Positions 1-9,427 of a DNA stretch of 64,000 bases are shown one piece after another. The notes below the pieces were generated by a model that did no database searches, had not been told where the DNA came from, and saw only the letters and a list, made by a program, of their open reading frames with translations. A program made the translations under genes and the position numbers. The number at the start of each line of letters is the position of its first letter. The stretch's first letter is position 1. The DNA is taken from assembly GCA_965204725.1 (NCBI GenBank), contig OZ242005.1, forward strand, positions 736,001 through 800,000, in the 5' to 3' direction. This DNA is from Candidatus Latescibacterota bacterium (lineage in GTDB: Bacteria > Latescibacterota > UBA2968 > UBA8231).

Positions 1-634
1 GTTCAAACCCAACCGTCAAACGTTCACCCGCGTGAAACGCCGCCTATCGGCGCATTGGCAGGAGGACGACCGTCTGGACCGCTACGATCTCGCCGCGCAC
101 TACTACTTCAACTCCAATACGTCGTACGGTCCGCACTTTCTCGGGTGGCCTTCCGACATTTACCTAAATGCCAAGCGCTATCAGACCATGATCGAGAAAG
201 TGCGCGACTTTCGGGCAGCAACGCTTTCCGTTCAGTGCTTCAGCTTTGAGGAAGCGATCAAACGCCATCTGAACGACTTTCTCTACTGTGATCCACCGTA
301 CTATCTGGAAGAGGGAAAGACCTTTGTCGGCATGTATCCGCACCGGAACTTCCCGATTCACCACAAGGGGTTCCGGCACGATCTGCTGCGCGACCTTCTC
401 CTGTCTCACAAGGGCGGCTTCGTGCTCTCCTACAACGACTGCGATACAATTCGGCAATGGTACTCCGACTGCGAAATGACGACCCCTACATGGCAGTACA
501 CATTCGGGCAGGGAGATACGCGGATCGGCGTAAACCGGGAAAAGCTCAACGGAGGGTCGCACGTCAAGGCATCGCACGAACTGTTGATCTGGAGACATCC
601 GCGAGACTTGGGGGCGTCAGGTCAGTTTTGGTAG
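1..634 (+). CDS. Dam/D12-class N6-adenine DNA methyltransferase, 5'-truncated by the window edge
   Basis: Frame open from position 2; motif IV 'FLYCDPPYY', 'FVLSYND' and C-terminal 'HELLI' are typical of Dam-family methylases. 3' end overlaps the convergent sodN stop. Confidence 0.85.
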   Translation, partial: FKPNRQTFTRVKRRLSAHWQEDDRLDRYDLAAHYYFNSNTSYGPHFLGWPSDIYLNAKRYQTMIEKVRDFRAATLSVQCFSFEEAIKRHLNDFLYCDPPYYLEEGKTFVGMYPHRNFPIHHKGFRHDLLRDLLLSHKGGFVLSYNDCDTIRQWYSDCEMTTPTWQYTFGQGDTRIGVNREKLNGGSHVKASHELLIWRHPRDLGASGQFW

Positions 635-1080
635 GCGTGCTTAAACTCGTGCAATAAGGCCCGCATCTTTTCCACCTGCTCCAAATCCACCGTCTGCTTA
701 CACTGCATAGCTCCTCGGAGCATCTTGTGCAAAAGCACCAACTTGCCGGTGTATGCGGCCACCGCCTCGGCTCCTTCTTCCACTTCCTTGAGCCGCTGGG
801 TCATAAAATACTGGGCGACGACGTGCTGGATTTTGTTGGCGTGCTCTTCCTTGTTGGCGACCCACCGCGCTAGCTGGTTCGCGCTTTGGGCGTCGGTCTG
901 GCCCGCCAGCGCAGCGATCTGCACCATGGACTTCTCAATGGTGGTGAGGTCTTCCTCAATCGCGGCAAAACGCGCATCGTCCCCATACACGCCGCAGGGA
1001 ATCTCGCAGTGCGCCAACAGCGGCGCGGCCGCAGCCAAAAGACTAAAGGCGATCGGGAGCAGCAATTTTCTACTCTTCAC
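622..1080 (-). CDS. sodN: Nickel superoxide dismutase with N-terminal signal peptide
   Basis: Ni-hook 'HCEIPCGVY' directly after a hydrophobic leader ending LLA; 'RWVANKEEHA', 'QYFMTQR', 'MQCKQTVD'. GTG at 1080 is preceded by AAGGAGG. Confidence 0.92.
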   Translation of the reverse strand: MKSRKLLLPIAFSLLAAAAPLLAHCEIPCGVYGDDARFAAIEEDLTTIEKSMVQIAALAGQTDAQSANQLARWVANKEEHANKIQHVVAQYFMTQRLKEVEEGAEAVAAYTGKLVLLHKMLRGAMQCKQTVDLEQVEKMRALLHEFKHAYQN

Positions 1081-1163
1081 AAGGGCCTCCTTGGCAAAAT
1101 GGTCCGTGAATGTCGGCAAGGCATTATAGGGCGATTTCGACGGCCGGGCAATTTCGACCGGCT

Positions 1164-2261
1164 CTAATCGCGCCAAGTGCGCGAGTCTGCGCGGATGAGC
1201 CAGCGGTTGATCGCGCCGTCCGCGTCCAAATCGGTGATTTCCTCTAGCTGCGCCTCAAACTGGTGGTCGGTCACTTGGAGGACCGGCGGCCAGCGAAAGT
1301 GCTGCAAGACCCGCGCCGCCATGCCGAGCGAGTCTAAGCTGGACGCATAGCGACCGTGGGCGCGGCGAAAATTCTGTTGGCGATAGTAAATTCCGCGCAA
1401 GACGCGCTTGGCCTCCTCGGCCACGGCCGGACGAAAGGGCACCTTTTGCCGCCCGACGACCTCGGCGGCAAACTGCACGAACCCCCACTTTTCTGGGTAG
1501 TGCATGTCAATCAGCCCTTGCGGCGACCAGACCCAGTTGTCTGGGCTGCGGCCCTCTATCTTGACGTACTTACCTACATCGTCGGCCAAGGCCCATTGCA
1601 CCCGCGAAAAATTGATCCGCCATTGATCGCCGTCCATCGGCGGCACCTTTTTGTTCGTGGCCTCGGCCAGTACGGCCCACGGCAAGGCCATTTCCACCGA
1701 CCAACCTTGGTCCTCGTCGCTGGGGTCGTTGATGCTGCCCCACACGCGCACGGCCGTTTGCAGGCCGGCGATGTCCCAAGCCCCTATAAAGGGACCGCCG
1801 TCGCGGTAGGGCTTGACCATCAACAAATCCCACTCCGTGCCGAGGGCATTGATCTCAAACTCGTAGTACTGATGCGTATCGCCGTCGGGGTCGATAAAGA
1901 CCTCGAAGTCGTTTTCTTGGTATATCGTCGCATCGCGCCGGGCGATGGTAGCCCACACGTGGGGCTCCTCCAAGTCAGCGGCTATATACAAATAGTCGTC
2001 GTCCCACAGCATCTTGGCCCGCGTCAGCAGGCGCGGCGCAGGCCGACGCTCGCCCTCAATATCGACAAAAGGCGCGGTCCAATCCGCCCGCTGCCAAGAC
2101 GGCTCGTCGAGGTTGCCGTCAATGTCGATGGCCCCGGCCGTGCGATGCGCCACATAGGTCCGCGGCTCAATGCTTTCTACGTAGTCGATGTCAAAGCGCG
2201 GTTGCCCCTCGGCGGCAGGGGCCATCAACAAGGCCGCGCCCAACAAAGCCCAGTGCAACAT
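1164..2261 (-). CDS. Secreted carbohydrate-binding family 9-like (DOMON-like) protein
   Basis: Signal peptide; 'IDIDGNLDEPSW', 'KMLWDDDYLY', 'DFEVFIDPDGD..YYEFEINALGT', 'WRINFSRVQW'. ATG 2261 with GGAGGAG RBS. Confidence 0.85.
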   Translation of the reverse strand: MLHWALLGAALLMAPAAEGQPRFDIDYVESIEPRTYVAHRTAGAIDIDGNLDEPSWQRADWTAPFVDIEGERRPAPRLLTRAKMLWDDDYLYIAADLEEPHVWATIARRDATIYQENDFEVFIDPDGDTHQYYEFEINALGTEWDLLMVKPYRDGGPFIGAWDIAGLQTAVRVWGSINDPSDEDQGWSVEMALPWAVLAEATNKKVPPMDGDQWRINFSRVQWALADDVGKYVKIEGRSPDNWVWSPQGLIDMHYPEKWGFVQFAAEVVGRQKVPFRPAVAEEAKRVLRGIYYRQQNFRRAHGRYASSLDSLGMAARVLQHFRWPPVLQVTDHQFEAQLEEITDLDADGAINRWLIRADSRTWRD

Positions 2262-2350
2262 GTCTCCTCCTTTGCATTGCCTCAATATACAACTTTGCGC
2301 TACCTTTTGACGCCACCGCATTGACAACTCACCCTAAACAGGCACACGCC

Positions 2351-2674
2351 ATGACCGACAAAATGGCCCTCTACAAGAGCGGCATGACCAAATTCGCCCA
2401 GCAAGACTTTGCCGAGGCCCTAGACGATCTCGCCCAAGCCATCGCCCTCGACCCGCAATTTGCCGATGCCTACCAAGCCATGGCGCATTGCCACGAGAAG
2501 CTGGGCGACCTCGATCAAGCGCTCAGCGCGGCGCAAAAGGCCGCCGAGCACCATCCCGACGACTTCCTCGTCCACACCAGCCTCTCCATGTTCTACCAGC
2601 GCAAAGGCATGATCGCCGAGGCCGAAAGAGAAAAGGCCATCGCAGCCAAGCTGCAAATGGAAAACCCCCGGTAA
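2351..2674 (+). CDS. Small tetratricopeptide-repeat protein
   Basis: TPR consensus 'AIALDPQFADAYQAMAHCHEKLGDLDQA'. Confidence 0.8.
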   Translation: MTDKMALYKSGMTKFAQQDFAEALDDLAQAIALDPQFADAYQAMAHCHEKLGDLDQALSAAQKAAEHHPDDFLVHTSLSMFYQRKGMIAEAEREKAIAAKLQMENPR

Positions 2675-2678
2675 GCTC

Positions 2679-3716
2679 GTGCAACTCGGCCCGCACCAAG
2701 TCAGCCCCTTGCGGGAAGACATGCCCATCCTCACTCTAGCGCCGATGGCCGGGGTGAGCAACTGGGTTTTCCGCCTGATATGCGCCCGCCTCGGCGCTCG
2801 GCTGGTCGGGGTCGAATTTATCAACTGCCGCGCCATCGGCATCCGCTCGCGCAAGAGCCTCCAGATGCTCGACTTTTCCGACGCGCAAATCTATGCCGAC
2901 ACCGGCATCTCGCTGCTGGCCGCGCAAATCTACGGCAACGACATCGACCTCATCGCCAATGGGGCGCGGGAGTTTGAGCGGCGCGGGGCGCAGGTGGTGG
3001 ATATCAACTTCGGGTGTTCCGTACCCAAGATCGTCGCCAAAGGCTGCGGCGCAGCGTATTTGCGCGATCTCGACCGGCTCTACCAAGCCGTTGAACGCAC
3101 CGTCAAAGCCGTGTCGGTTCCGGTCATCGTCAAGACGCGCCTCGGCTGGGACGAGGATCAGATCAACATCCTCGAAGTGGTGCGCCGCTGCGAGGACGCC
3201 GGCGCCCAAGCCGTGGCCATCCACGCCCGCACGGTCGTACAAAAATACAAGGGCCGCGCCAACTGGCACTGGATCGGCCGCGCGGTCGCAGCCTCCGCGC
3301 TGCCCATCATCGGCAACGGCGATGTGCTCACCCTTAGCGACGCCCGCCTCATGCAGCGGGAAACAGGCTGTGCTGCGGTCATGGTCGGGCGGGCGGCCTT
3401 GGCCAATCCTTGGCTCTTTTCTGGCCGCAGCGGCGCGACCCTCGCCGAGCGCATCCACTTGGCGCTGGAGCAGCTGCGCCTGATGGCCGCGTACAAAGGC
3501 GAGCGCGCCGGCGTCCGCGAGACGCGCAAGCACCTCGCGCTCTACTTCAAGAGCCTGCCCCGCGCCTCCGCGCTGCGCCGCCGCCTGCTGACGACCGCTT
3601 CTCTGGCCGAGTTGGCCGAGCTCCTCGCCGCGTGGCAAGAGCCCGCCGAAGCCGAAGCCGATCTCACCTTGTCGGCCGCCGAAGCCGAAGCCCTCGCATG
3701 GGGCGGGAACGGGTAG
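2679..3716 (+). CDS. dusB: tRNA-dihydrouridine synthase (DusB-like)
   Basis: 'LAPMAGVS', 'DINFGCSVPK', 'VKTRLGWD', 'IHART', 'IGNGDV', 'MVGRAALANPW'. Confidence 0.9.
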   Translation: MQLGPHQVSPLREDMPILTLAPMAGVSNWVFRLICARLGARLVGVEFINCRAIGIRSRKSLQMLDFSDAQIYADTGISLLAAQIYGNDIDLIANGAREFERRGAQVVDINFGCSVPKIVAKGCGAAYLRDLDRLYQAVERTVKAVSVPVIVKTRLGWDEDQINILEVVRRCEDAGAQAVAIHARTVVQKYKGRANWHWIGRAVAASALPIIGNGDVLTLSDARLMQRETGCAAVMVGRAALANPWLFSGRSGATLAERIHLALEQLRLMAAYKGERAGVRETRKHLALYFKSLPRASALRRRLLTTASLAELAELLAAWQEPAEAEADLTLSAAEAEALAWGGNG

Positions 3717-3763
3717 TGCTACAACTTCGCGTCCATTTCACTGGCATCCCTGATTGAATCGCA

Positions 3764-4105
3764 CTACTCGCTAATCCTGCTTTCGTCGTTGCCCTCGTCC
3801 GAGAAGTTCGTTATTGCGACTTCGCCTGCTGGGAACTCGGCGACGATCTTCAGCCGTCCGCCCAATGCTTCAATGTAGGAGCGAAGGGTCGAGACGTACA
3901 TATCCGTCCGCCGTTCCATCTTGGCGATGGCAGGTTGGTTCACCGCCAAGGTTTCGCCCAGCGCCTTTTGGGTCATAACCTGTGCCTGCCGTAGCTCGTG
4001 CAGCGGCATGGCGGCCCGCAATTCGGCCTTTTTCGCCTCAATGCGCTCGCGGCGCTCCGGCGTTAAGTCTTTGGTCAACTCACGAAAGGGACGGCGACCG
4101 CTCAT
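3764..4105 (-). CDS. XRE-family HTH antitoxin (HigA-like)
   Basis: 'LHELRQAQVMTQKALGETLAVNQPAIAKMERRTDMYVSTLRSYIEALGGRL'; overlaps the stop of the upstream toxin. Confidence 0.88.
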   Translation of the reverse strand: MSGRRPFRELTKDLTPERRERIEAKKAELRAAMPLHELRQAQVMTQKALGETLAVNQPAIAKMERRTDMYVSTLRSYIEALGGRLKIVAEFPAGEVAITNFSDEGNDESRISE

Positions 4106-4464
4106 GGGATTAATCCTTCCTTTTGCAAAGTTTTGAGATGCTCATCGTACAGTTTGTCAGCCATCGGCACGTACTGGTCGTAAAACCGATCGTTGCCTGT
4201 CTTGTCACCCCCAATCAACAGGATCGCTACTCGTCGCGGATCAAAGGCATAGAAGACGCGAATTGGCCGACCGCTGCTTTGTACCCTAAGCTCGCGCAGA
4301 TGTCCGTGGCGTGAACTCTGCATACCCGATGAATAGGGATACGGTAGGTGAGGGCCGTGCTCTAGGAGCAACTCAACCGTGGCGATAATGTCGTCCTGTT
4401 CGCTCTCTGAAAGCCCATCCCACCATTCGCCAAATTCGTCCGTATATTCAGCCTGCCAAGTCAT
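4102..4464 (-). CDS. RelE/ParE-superfamily toxin (HigB / Gp49-like)
   Basis: 'GPHLPYPYS', 'LRELRVQSSGRPIRVFYAFDPRRVAILLIGGDK'; toxin-first gene order. Confidence 0.88.
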   Translation of the reverse strand: MTWQAEYTDEFGEWWDGLSESEQDDIIATVELLLEHGPHLPYPYSSGMQSSRHGHLRELRVQSSGRPIRVFYAFDPRRVAILLIGGDKTGNDRFYDQYVPMADKLYDEHLKTLQKEGLIP

Positions 4465-4474
4465 GCTGACAATC

Positions 4475-4503
4475 AATATATTCCATTAAAGGAATACAAG
4501 CAA
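4475..4503 (-). promoter_or_regulatory. Putative higBA promoter with palindromic operator
   Basis: Minus strand TTGCTT-N17-TATATT; inverted repeat TATTCC-N6-GGAATA (4479-4496) lies over the spacer and -10, as expected for antitoxin autoregulation. Confidence 0.55.
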
Positions 4504-4627
4504 CGAGACGCATCTGTATTCTAACGCTATCCCGGCTTGACCTGTGTGATATGGAAACTACCTTCGATCGCTTGAATGTCTGCCCGCTTTGCGGTCGCAA
4601 CGCAACAACGTAAATCGCGAGTGCCCT

Positions 4628-5848
4628 ATGAAAATCAAATCTATCGACCTCGTCCGCGTCGAGCGGCCCGACGGCCCTTCGCTCCGCGGCCGTTCCCAAG
4701 CCGGCTCGACGCTCTCCGCTTCAGCCGCGCCCGCCCAGCAGAGCCAATCCCGCCGCAAGGCTTGGCCGACCGAAATCGAAGTGGCTAACCCTATGTCGCG
4801 CTTTCCGCGCTTCAAGCCGCGGCGTCAGCTTTACGCCGCCCGGCAATGGCCCGGCTTTGCGGTCAAAGTAACAGCCGAGGACGGCACTTGGGGCTTGGGC
4901 ACGACGGCGGGCCGGCCGGTCGCAGCCGTGATCGAAGACGCCTTCGCCCATATCCTCATCGGCGAGGACTGCCTAGCCATTGACAAGCTGTGGGACCTGA
5001 TGTTCCGCGTCTCCAAACCCTTCGGCACCGTCGGCATCGCCACCGTCGCCATCAGCGCCGTGGACTTGGCCCTGTGGGATCTGGCCGGCAAGCTGCAACA
5101 AAAGCCTGTGTACCAGCTCATCGGCGGCCCGGCGCGGGAGCGCATTTTTACCTACGCCACGGGCGACGACGTCGATTGGTACCGCGAGTTGGGCTTCAAA
5201 GCCTTCAAACTCCCCTGCCAATACGGCCCGGCCGATGGCCTGTGGGGCCTCGACCAAAACGAGCGGCGGGTAGCCGAAGTCCGCGCCTTGATCGGCTCCG
5301 ACTGCGAGCTCATGCTCGACTGCTACATGGCCTTTGACGTCGAATACAGCGTCCGCCTAGCCGAGCGTCTCCGACCCTACAAGTTGCGCTGGCTGGAGGA
5401 GTGTTTGATCCCCGAAGACGTCAAAGGGCACCTCAAACTCAAAGAACGCCTGCCGTGGCAAACGCTGGCCAGCGGCGAGCACTTCTACACGCCCTATCCC
5501 TACCAACCGCTCATTGAGCACCGCGCCCTCGACGTGCTACAACCCGATATTCACTGGGTCGGTGGGCTGACCGCCTGTATCAAGATCTGCCGTCTAGCCG
5601 AGGCCGCTGGCCTTGAAGTCTGCCTCCACGGCGGCGGGCGCGACCCGTACGGCCAGCACTTGACCTGGGCCATGCCCAATACGCCTTGGGGCGAATACTA
5701 CATCGGCTCAGACCCGGGGATTCCGCTGGAGGAAGTAGCCGAGCCGGGGGCGCTGGTGCCCCAAGACAGCTATCTGGAATTTGTGCCGTGCGGACCGGGA
5801 TTCGATCTAGGAATCGAGGAGGATTGGCTGGTGCCGTTCCGGGCCTAG
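4628..5848 (+). CDS. Mandelate racemase/enolase-superfamily acid-sugar dehydratase (L-rhamnonate dehydratase-like)
   Basis: 'AISAVDLALWDLAGK', 'AFKLP', 'LMLDCYMA', 'WLEECL', 'ASGEH', 'QPDIHWVGGLT'. Confidence 0.85.
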   Translation: MKIKSIDLVRVERPDGPSLRGRSQAGSTLSASAAPAQQSQSRRKAWPTEIEVANPMSRFPRFKPRRQLYAARQWPGFAVKVTAEDGTWGLGTTAGRPVAAVIEDAFAHILIGEDCLAIDKLWDLMFRVSKPFGTVGIATVAISAVDLALWDLAGKLQQKPVYQLIGGPARERIFTYATGDDVDWYRELGFKAFKLPCQYGPADGLWGLDQNERRVAEVRALIGSDCELMLDCYMAFDVEYSVRLAERLRPYKLRWLEECLIPEDVKGHLKLKERLPWQTLASGEHFYTPYPYQPLIEHRALDVLQPDIHWVGGLTACIKICRLAEAAGLEVCLHGGGRDPYGQHLTWAMPNTPWGEYYIGSDPGIPLEEVAEPGALVPQDSYLEFVPCGPGFDLGIEEDWLVPFRA

Positions 5849-5947
5849 GCCGCTTATGGGCTGCGTTTGGGCAATTGATTGCTTACCATTATTTTATTGC
5901 GAGCCTAATAAGCGGCCCTCGTTTGCGTCCTACGGAAAAGAGCCATC

Positions 5948-7981
5948 ATGCGCCGTGCCACTATCGTCCTGTTCACCCTAATTTGCGCGCAAGACGCCAC
6001 CGCCCAGATCGCCCACTGGCAGCTCGGCGGCAGCGGCCTAGCTTGGAGCGCAAACGACACGACCCGCCTCTTCATCGACTTCGCCACCACGCCCGGGGCC
6101 ATCCAGCCCACATACTTCACGCTCGACGAGACGGTTTTCTCCCACATCGACAACTGGGCCTTCTGGCGCGACCCCAGCGACCGCGTCTTCGACTACCTAG
6201 ACGGCGAAACCCCCCGAATGTGGAAGTGGAATCACGGCGTACCCGACCCCTCGGAAAACGGCTCTTGGCTCATTGACGGCGACCCTATCACTTACAACCC
6301 GCCCAAAGCCGACCGCATAGAAAAAGAAACCTTCACCATGGATTTGGGCGTTTTGGTGCCAGCCGTGGCCTTCGGCTTTATCCCGCCCAGCGAGGGCTTC
6401 CGCTCCGACGGCACCCCCCTGCAAACCGACTTCGTCCCCGCCTTTCAGGTGACTGCGGCCGTGGCGCCCGAGCCGCCCGTGCTCGAGGGGAACGTCAACC
6501 CGCTCTCCACCGTCATCGCCGACGTCAACTCCAATTTTGAACCGCGGGTGCGCATCGACTTTACCCGTCAGTACCTGCGCTTCTTTCGCTACCGCCGGAC
6601 GCTCTCGCTGCTAGACGAGGACGCCCAAGCCAAGAGCGGCAATGTCGCCATCGCCCTCATCGGCTCGATCAGCGAGTTCCAGCTCTTTGCCCAAGGAGTG
6701 CCCCAGCAGGCCATCTACAAGACCCAGATAACCCACCTCGGCGAACCGGTGAATTTCGGGCGGCTGTTCTGGCGGGCCACGAAATTCCGCATGGTCGATG
6801 GGACTGCGGTGGAAACTCCAGACGCGGCGGCCCAAATCAAGGTTGAGGTGCGCACCGGCCTAGACGACGACCCGGCCGTCTATCACGAATACATGGACAC
6901 CGGGCTAGAGCGCGTGGTGGAGCGCGATCACTACGAAAACGCCCTCCGCACTCGGTTTGTGCGCATCACGGCCGCGTCCGACCTGAGCGAACGCCAGCCC
7001 AAGCCGGGGGTCCGCGCGTCCATTGGCTACGATTCCGATCACTGGACTTTCTGGTCGGCCCCCTTTGTCGAATCGGGCCAACCGCTCAACCTGCGCAACG
7101 GAACCTATTTGCAGGTCCGCGTCGCCATGGAAAGCGATTCCTTCGACGATTTCGTGCGCCTCGACTCGTTGTGGGTCGAGACCGCGCCGCTGTTGGCCGC
7201 GACCGTGCGCGGCGAAGTGGCCGCCCTAGACGACCCACAGCCCGTCAGCGGGATTACCCAAGTCCCCTTGGGCGAAGCCATCGAATTCGTCTATGACCTC
7301 CAAGCCGATTTCACAGCGGTGGATGCCCCCGGCTTCGACCTATTGCGCCTGCGCACGGGGCACCAAACCGAGCTCAAGAGCCTGCAACTCGGCCCAAGCC
7401 GCCGAGAAACCGCGCCCGCCGCGGTCACCCCAGAGCCGGAGGGCTTGCTCATCCACCTGCCCGAGCGCATCACCCGCGCCAATAACCCGCCGATTCGCCT
7501 CGTCTTTGCAACGGAGATATTTGAATTTGCGACCACTTTCCAGAGCGAAGTCCTAGACAGCCAACGCGACCTTCTGCCGCAACCTGTCGTCGGTGCCGAT
7601 GTCGGCGAGGCCCTCTCGACCAACAGCCTGCGTGTGCTCGGCACCACCGAGCAAGAAACCGCTTTTATCCAGAACCTGACCTTTTCCTCGCCGGTCTTTT
7701 CGCCCAACGGCGACGGCATCCACGACGAATTGCGCGTCGCCTATTCGCTGTTCCGCCTGCCCGCAGCCGTGCCGGTCGTCCTCGCAGTCTATCGCCTCGA
7801 TGGCCGGCGCGTGGCCTCCATTGAGGCCGGCTTGCAAAACGCTGGCCCGCAGAGCCTGCGCTGGGATGGCCGCGACGAAACGGGCCGGCTCCTGCTGCCC
7901 GGCCTCTACCTGACCACCTTAACCCTGCGCTCGGAATTTGCCGCCAAGCCCCAGTTCCACCCTTTGGGGATCGCGTACTAA
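5948..7981 (+). CDS. Secreted protein with C-terminal FlgD Ig-like domain
   Basis: Signal peptide; C-terminal 'FSPNGDGIHD...VYRLDGRRV...LRWDGRDETGRLLLPGLY'; ends 'IAY'. Confidence 0.8.
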   Translation: MRRATIVLFTLICAQDATAQIAHWQLGGSGLAWSANDTTRLFIDFATTPGAIQPTYFTLDETVFSHIDNWAFWRDPSDRVFDYLDGETPRMWKWNHGVPDPSENGSWLIDGDPITYNPPKADRIEKETFTMDLGVLVPAVAFGFIPPSEGFRSDGTPLQTDFVPAFQVTAAVAPEPPVLEGNVNPLSTVIADVNSNFEPRVRIDFTRQYLRFFRYRRTLSLLDEDAQAKSGNVAIALIGSISEFQLFAQGVPQQAIYKTQITHLGEPVNFGRLFWRATKFRMVDGTAVETPDAAAQIKVEVRTGLDDDPAVYHEYMDTGLERVVERDHYENALRTRFVRITAASDLSERQPKPGVRASIGYDSDHWTFWSAPFVESGQPLNLRNGTYLQVRVAMESDSFDDFVRLDSLWVETAPLLAATVRGEVAALDDPQPVSGITQVPLGEAIEFVYDLQADFTAVDAPGFDLLRLRTGHQTELKSLQLGPSRRETAPAAVTPEPEGLLIHLPERITRANNPPIRLVFATEIFEFATTFQSEVLDSQRDLLPQPVVGADVGEALSTNSLRVLGTTEQETAFIQNLTFSSPVFSPNGDGIHDELRVAYSLFRLPAAVPVVLAVYRLDGRRVASIEAGLQNAGPQSLRWDGRDETGRLLLPGLYLTTLTLRSEFAAKPQFHPLGIAY

Positions 7982-7982
7982 G
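7971..7982 (+). repeat. Left copy of imperfect 12-bp direct repeat bounding the ASST array (TCGCGTACTAAG)
   Basis: 11/12 match to TCGCCTACTAAG at 16863-16874; contains the stop codon of the upstream FlgD gene. Confidence 0.55.
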
Positions 7983-9427
7983 TGAGCCGCCTGCCCCAAC
8001 TTCTGCTCGTGTTGGCTATCGCGCTGGCGGCTTTTGCCTACGGCGGCCTCGTCGTCCGCTACAAGCTATTCCCCTTCTCGGTTGTCTCCGACGGCGTAAA
8101 AACCTTGCGGACTATGTACGAGGTACATAAGAAAATTGATGATGGCCGATTCGCGCACTTCGCCGCAGTGCCGCCGGACAGCGCGGCCTCCAACCGCTTC
8201 GAGTTCGTACAAGGCGATGCCCTCAGCGGGCCGGTTCTGTGGCAGGGCGGACGCTACCAGTTCCTCGAGTATTGCCCCGACGAGGGATGCCTAGCGGTAG
8301 AGTACACCGCCACCGGCCAAGTCGCCCACGCCTACCCGTTCCTCCTCGATGAACTGGAACAGGCGGCAAACGCTGCCCGCTCGGACGAATTCCCGTACGG
8401 ACTATCCCCCTCCTTTTCTTTCGCTAGGGATGTTCATCTGATAGGCATATCGCGCTACGCAAATGGCGACCTGCTGGCGGTTTTTCATCAGGACGCGGCT
8501 TTCCCCTATGGTGCGGGCGTTGCGCGGGTCGATCGCGACGGGCATCCGGTCTGGTTCCGGCGCGACTACAGCCATCACTGGCCGCATATCGGAAACGACG
8601 GCGTCGCGCTGGTGCCCGGCATGTTGGCCAGCAGCGAGTCCATAGCTTTTGAGCGAGGACGAAGGACCATCGCGATCAAGTGCCCCAAGGGCAAAACGCA
8701 TCTCGACGCGATCGGCATTATCGACGGGAACGGACAGCTCCTAAAGCGCATCAACCTGATCGACGCCTTGCGCGACTCTCCATTCGCGCTCATCATCCAA
8801 TCCACCTCGAAGCTAAAAAATCCTACGGCCTCTCATACGGCTTCTCCGTGTGACCCTCTTCACCTCAACTTCGTCCACCGGCTTCGCGACGACGCTGGCG
8901 GGACGTGGGGCCTCGCGCCGGGCGACCTCGTAGCGTCCCTGCGCAACCTAAGCGCCTTCGCTATCCTCGATGGCGAATCCGGCCGCGTCAAGCGGCTGGT
9001 CCGGGGGAGTTTCTTGTACCAACACAGCGTCCAGCACCTGACGGGATCGACCTTTCTGATGTTCGACAATCACGGCGGCGATGCGGTTCACGGCCCCTCG
9101 CGGCTGCTGATGATCGACCTCGCCGACAGCCGGGAGACGACCCTCTTTCCCAACGACCAGACGCCCGAACCCCTGCGGCACCTGTTCTCCCACGACCAAA
9201 GCACCATCGACATCTCACCGGATCGCCAACGGGCGATGGTCGTATTCACCCGGCAGGGCATAGCCGTTGAGGTGTGCCTTGCCGATGGCGCGGTGCTCAA
9301 CGTTTTTCATTCTCTGCACGATGTGTCGAGCTTGGAGCAATTTCCCAAAGATCGGCAGCAAAGAGCCGCCGTATTCGAGATGAGCGGACTTTCATACATC
9401 CACAATCAAGGAGGAACGAGTCAATGA
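7982..9427 (+). CDS. Arylsulfotransferase (ASST)-like beta-propeller protein, copy 1 of 6
   Basis: N-terminal TM anchor; ASST-type motifs 'DYSHHW', 'DPLHLN', 'SLRNLS', 'YQHS', 'MFDN'. Confidence 0.78.
   Translation: MSRLPQLLLVLAIALAAFAYGGLVVRYKLFPFSVVSDGVKTLRTMYEVHKKIDDGRFAHFAAVPPDSAASNRFEFVQGDALSGPVLWQGGRYQFLEYCPDEGCLAVEYTATGQVAHAYPFLLDELEQAANAARSDEFPYGLSPSFSFARDVHLIGISRYANGDLLAVFHQDAAFPYGAGVARVDRDGHPVWFRRDYSHHWPHIGNDGVALVPGMLASSESIAFERGRRTIAIKCPKGKTHLDAIGIIDGNGQLLKRINLIDALRDSPFALIIQSTSKLKNPTASHTASPCDPLHLNFVHRLRDDAGGTWGLAPGDLVASLRNLSAFAILDGESGRVKRLVRGSFLYQHSVQHLTGSTFLMFDNHGGDAVHGPSRLLMIDLADSRETTLFPNDQTPEPLRHLFSHDQSTIDISPDRQRAMVVFTRQGIAVEVCLADGAVLNVFHSLHDVSSLEQFPKDRQQRAAVFEMSGLSYIHNQGGTSQ

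Noticed and set aside
1356-2324. Long antisense/alternate-frame ORFs (also 2736-3638, 20384-21343, 27243-28094, 38236-39162, 54325-55185, 59712-60512)
   Set aside because: Shadows of well-supported genes in high-GC DNA; Arg/Ala/Pro-rich with no motifs.
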